Assembly: GCA_011364925.1 (NCBI GenBank)
Contig: RDOA01000011.1
Span: 25,478 to 89,477, forward strand
Source of the DNA: Promethearchaeota archaeon
GTDB lineage: Archaea > Asgardarchaeota > Lokiarchaeia > Sigyniarchaeales > SOKP01
DNA length: 64,000 bases
Direction: 5' to 3'
Part shown: positions 62,226 to 64,000 of the stretch, in pieces
Numbering within the stretch: the stretch's first letter is position 1
Layout: each line of letters begins with the position of its first letter
The notes under the pieces: model-generated
What the model saw: the letters and a program-made list of their open reading frames with translations, nothing else
Told to the model about the DNA's origin: nothing
Database searches by the model: none
Position numbers and translations under genes: made by a program

Positions 62226-63500
62226 ATGCCAAGAAGAGAAATTGATAAGACTCGCTTTACTTCAGATTTCAATCATATGATCAATCTCGTTATTTTGAAT
62301 AGCTTAGGATTTTTTTTTATTGGTTTTTTAGTACCTATAATCGCCAGATATAATATGGTAGCTACTGCATTAGAAATCAGTCTGATTGTATCCTTTCAAG
62401 TGTTAGGTCGAACAATTAGTGGTGCTATCACAGGGATTCTAACTGATCGAACCACATCAAGGAAAAAACTAGTATTAATTGGCTCAATTGGGAGAGGAAC
62501 ATCATATTTCATTATTTATACTGCTATAATTATTAATTCTTTATTGTTGCTCGGAATCGGTACATTTGCTTTAGGTTTTATGGCAGGTGTATTCTGGGTC
62601 CCATTCAATACTCTGATCGCAGAAAAATCTAATAAAGATAATCGTTCTGAAGCTTACGGAAAAAGAAATTCCGCAAATGCCATAGGACAAATGATTGGTG
62701 GTGTTATTGGTTTTCTTCTTTTGACAGGACTTAATTATTTTACAATTAATCCATTTCTCTTATACGCTAGTATTCCATTCTATGGTATTGCTAACCTTTT
62801 TGCAGGGTTTAGGTTTAATCGGGAGGTAGATGAATCAATTAAATTCACTAATCCCTCAGATCAATTTACAACACACACTGCAAGCGAAAAGAGCGATAAT
62901 CATCACAAACTTTCGATCGTATTAGGTTCAATATTTCTAATGGCGACATTACTTCTAAGTAATATTAACGGTTCAATAGCAAAACCTTTTTTGAACATTT
63001 ATGTTATTGAAACAATTGAAAGTGACATTCAGTTAGTTACGTGGGCATATCTGCCAGCAGGAATAGTAGCAACGCTTTTAGCCCCACAGTTGGGAAAAAT
63101 TGTAGATAAAATGAGACCTGCCATAGGAATAACAATTACAAGCACATTGGGTGCATTGGTCACATGGTTATTAATAAATTCAGCCAATATTTGGATTTTT
63201 ACAATTTTTTTATTAATGGATCTCACTATCATGATAGCAACAGGATTAATTTTTCAGAACTTGTTGAGTAGAATCTCATTAAAAAGTCGTGGCAAAGTAA
63301 TAGGTTCGGGAGAATTTTTTCAATTTCTTGGAAGTTTTATTGGTCCAATTTTAGGAGGAATAGTATGGGATTTGTATGGACCAAAGTTTCCTTTTATTAT
63401 ATCAATCTTTGTAGAACTATCTCTCATACCATTTTATTTAATCGTTGTTTACTATTTAATACCCCATATTGCTGAATCATTTAAAGAAGAGATAAAATAA
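62226..63500 (+). CDS. MFS transporter
   Basis: About 12 TM segments; GILTDR and GKIVDK motif-A variants; GPILGG. Confidence 0.9.
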   Translation: MPRREIDKTRFTSDFNHMINLVILNSLGFFFIGFLVPIIARYNMVATALEISLIVSFQVLGRTISGAITGILTDRTTSRKKLVLIGSIGRGTSYFIIYTAIIINSLLLLGIGTFALGFMAGVFWVPFNTLIAEKSNKDNRSEAYGKRNSANAIGQMIGGVIGFLLLTGLNYFTINPFLLYASIPFYGIANLFAGFRFNREVDESIKFTNPSDQFTTHTASEKSDNHHKLSIVLGSIFLMATLLLSNINGSIAKPFLNIYVIETIESDIQLVTWAYLPAGIVATLLAPQLGKIVDKMRPAIGITITSTLGALVTWLLINSANIWIFTIFLLMDLTIMIATGLIFQNLLSRISLKSRGKVIGSGEFFQFLGSFIGPILGGIVWDLYGPKFPFIISIFVELSLIPFYLIVVYYLIPHIAESFKEEIK

Positions 63501-63516
63501 AGCAATTAGACTCTGA

Positions 63517-64000
63517 TTAATGCTCTTTAGGCATTTGTTTTAATTCTGCGAGTGAGAAAACAGGACCATCGATGCAAACATATTTTTCACCAATATTGCA
63601 TCTTCCACACTTTCCTATACCACATTTCATTCTCATCTCTAAAGAATTAAGAATTTGTTCATCTTTCCAATTTAATTTTTCCAATTCATTTTGAGCTGTT
63701 TTGATCATAATAGGAGGACCGCATACTACAGCAACAGCATTATCAGAAGATGGAGCAACCTCTTTTACAACTGCAGCTACAAATCCTACTTTTCGCGTCC
63801 AGCCTTCTTCTTCGCGATCAATAGTCAAGACTATATCAATATCATCTCGTTTTTCCCATTCTTCTAAAACATCACGATATAAGACTTCACCGGAATTTCG
63901 ATTACCATAGATAACTGTAATTTTACCAAAATCTTTTCTATGTTTCTCATCTAGAATATACAAAATGAGGGAGCGTAATGTTGAGAACGCAAATCCACCG
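63517..64000 (-). CDS. FAD/NAD-binding 2Fe-2S subunit (sulfhydrogenase gamma/AsrB/PyrK-like), 5' end outside window
   Basis: CGPPIM, SLEMRMKCGIGKCGRC, VCIDGPVF. Confidence 0.9.
   Translation of the reverse strand, partial: GGFAFSTLRSLILYILDEKHRKDFGKITVIYGNRNSGEVLYRDVLEEWEKRDDIDIVLTIDREEEGWTRKVGFVAAVVKEVAPSSDNAVAVVCGPPIMIKTAQNELEKLNWKDEQILNSLEMRMKCGIGKCGRCNIGEKYVCIDGPVFSLAELKQMPKEH

Noticed and set aside
964-63910. Many short ORFs in the track antisense to or overlapping real genes (e.g. 4187-4693, 5976-6344, 29256-29690, 42171-42563, 49071-49523)
   Set aside because: Shadow ORFs of well-supported genes, with no motifs

Overview
AT-rich archaeal chromosomal segment, most likely an Asgard archaeon of the Lokiarchaeia/Promethearchaeota type. 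The assignment is inferred from a Lokiactin-like actin, a profilin-like protein, a Rab-like GTPase, an LRR protein and intron-rich tRNAs lying among archaeal core genes. Most of the window is housekeeping: SRP54, aIF5A, NAD kinase, Nob1, FEN1, Cdc48, HerA, PPi-type PFK, a porGDAB operon, Sua5/THUMP/Cgi121/Pcc1, an ECF module, the proteasome-alpha/SBDS/exosome/L37Ae/prefoldin superoperon, TFB, PiT with two DUF47 genes, TldD/E, Hef and RpoK. Five tRNA genes carry eight BHB-type introns, seven at non-canonical positions, and one tRNA-Val has three introns. The most unusual items are: (1) two tandem paralogs with an unknown N-terminal module + ribbon-helix-helix + HisKA/DHp (no ATPase domain) + receiver architecture, divergent from a TFB gene with a structured leader; (2) an orphan AbiEii/MenT-like nucleotidyltransferase; (3) a JAMM protein with a Ser-to-His motif change between tRNA clusters; (4) repeated evidence for ATC/ATA start codons. 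No CRISPR array, rRNA, transposase or integrase was seen. All calls come from motif reading by eye; no database searches were run.
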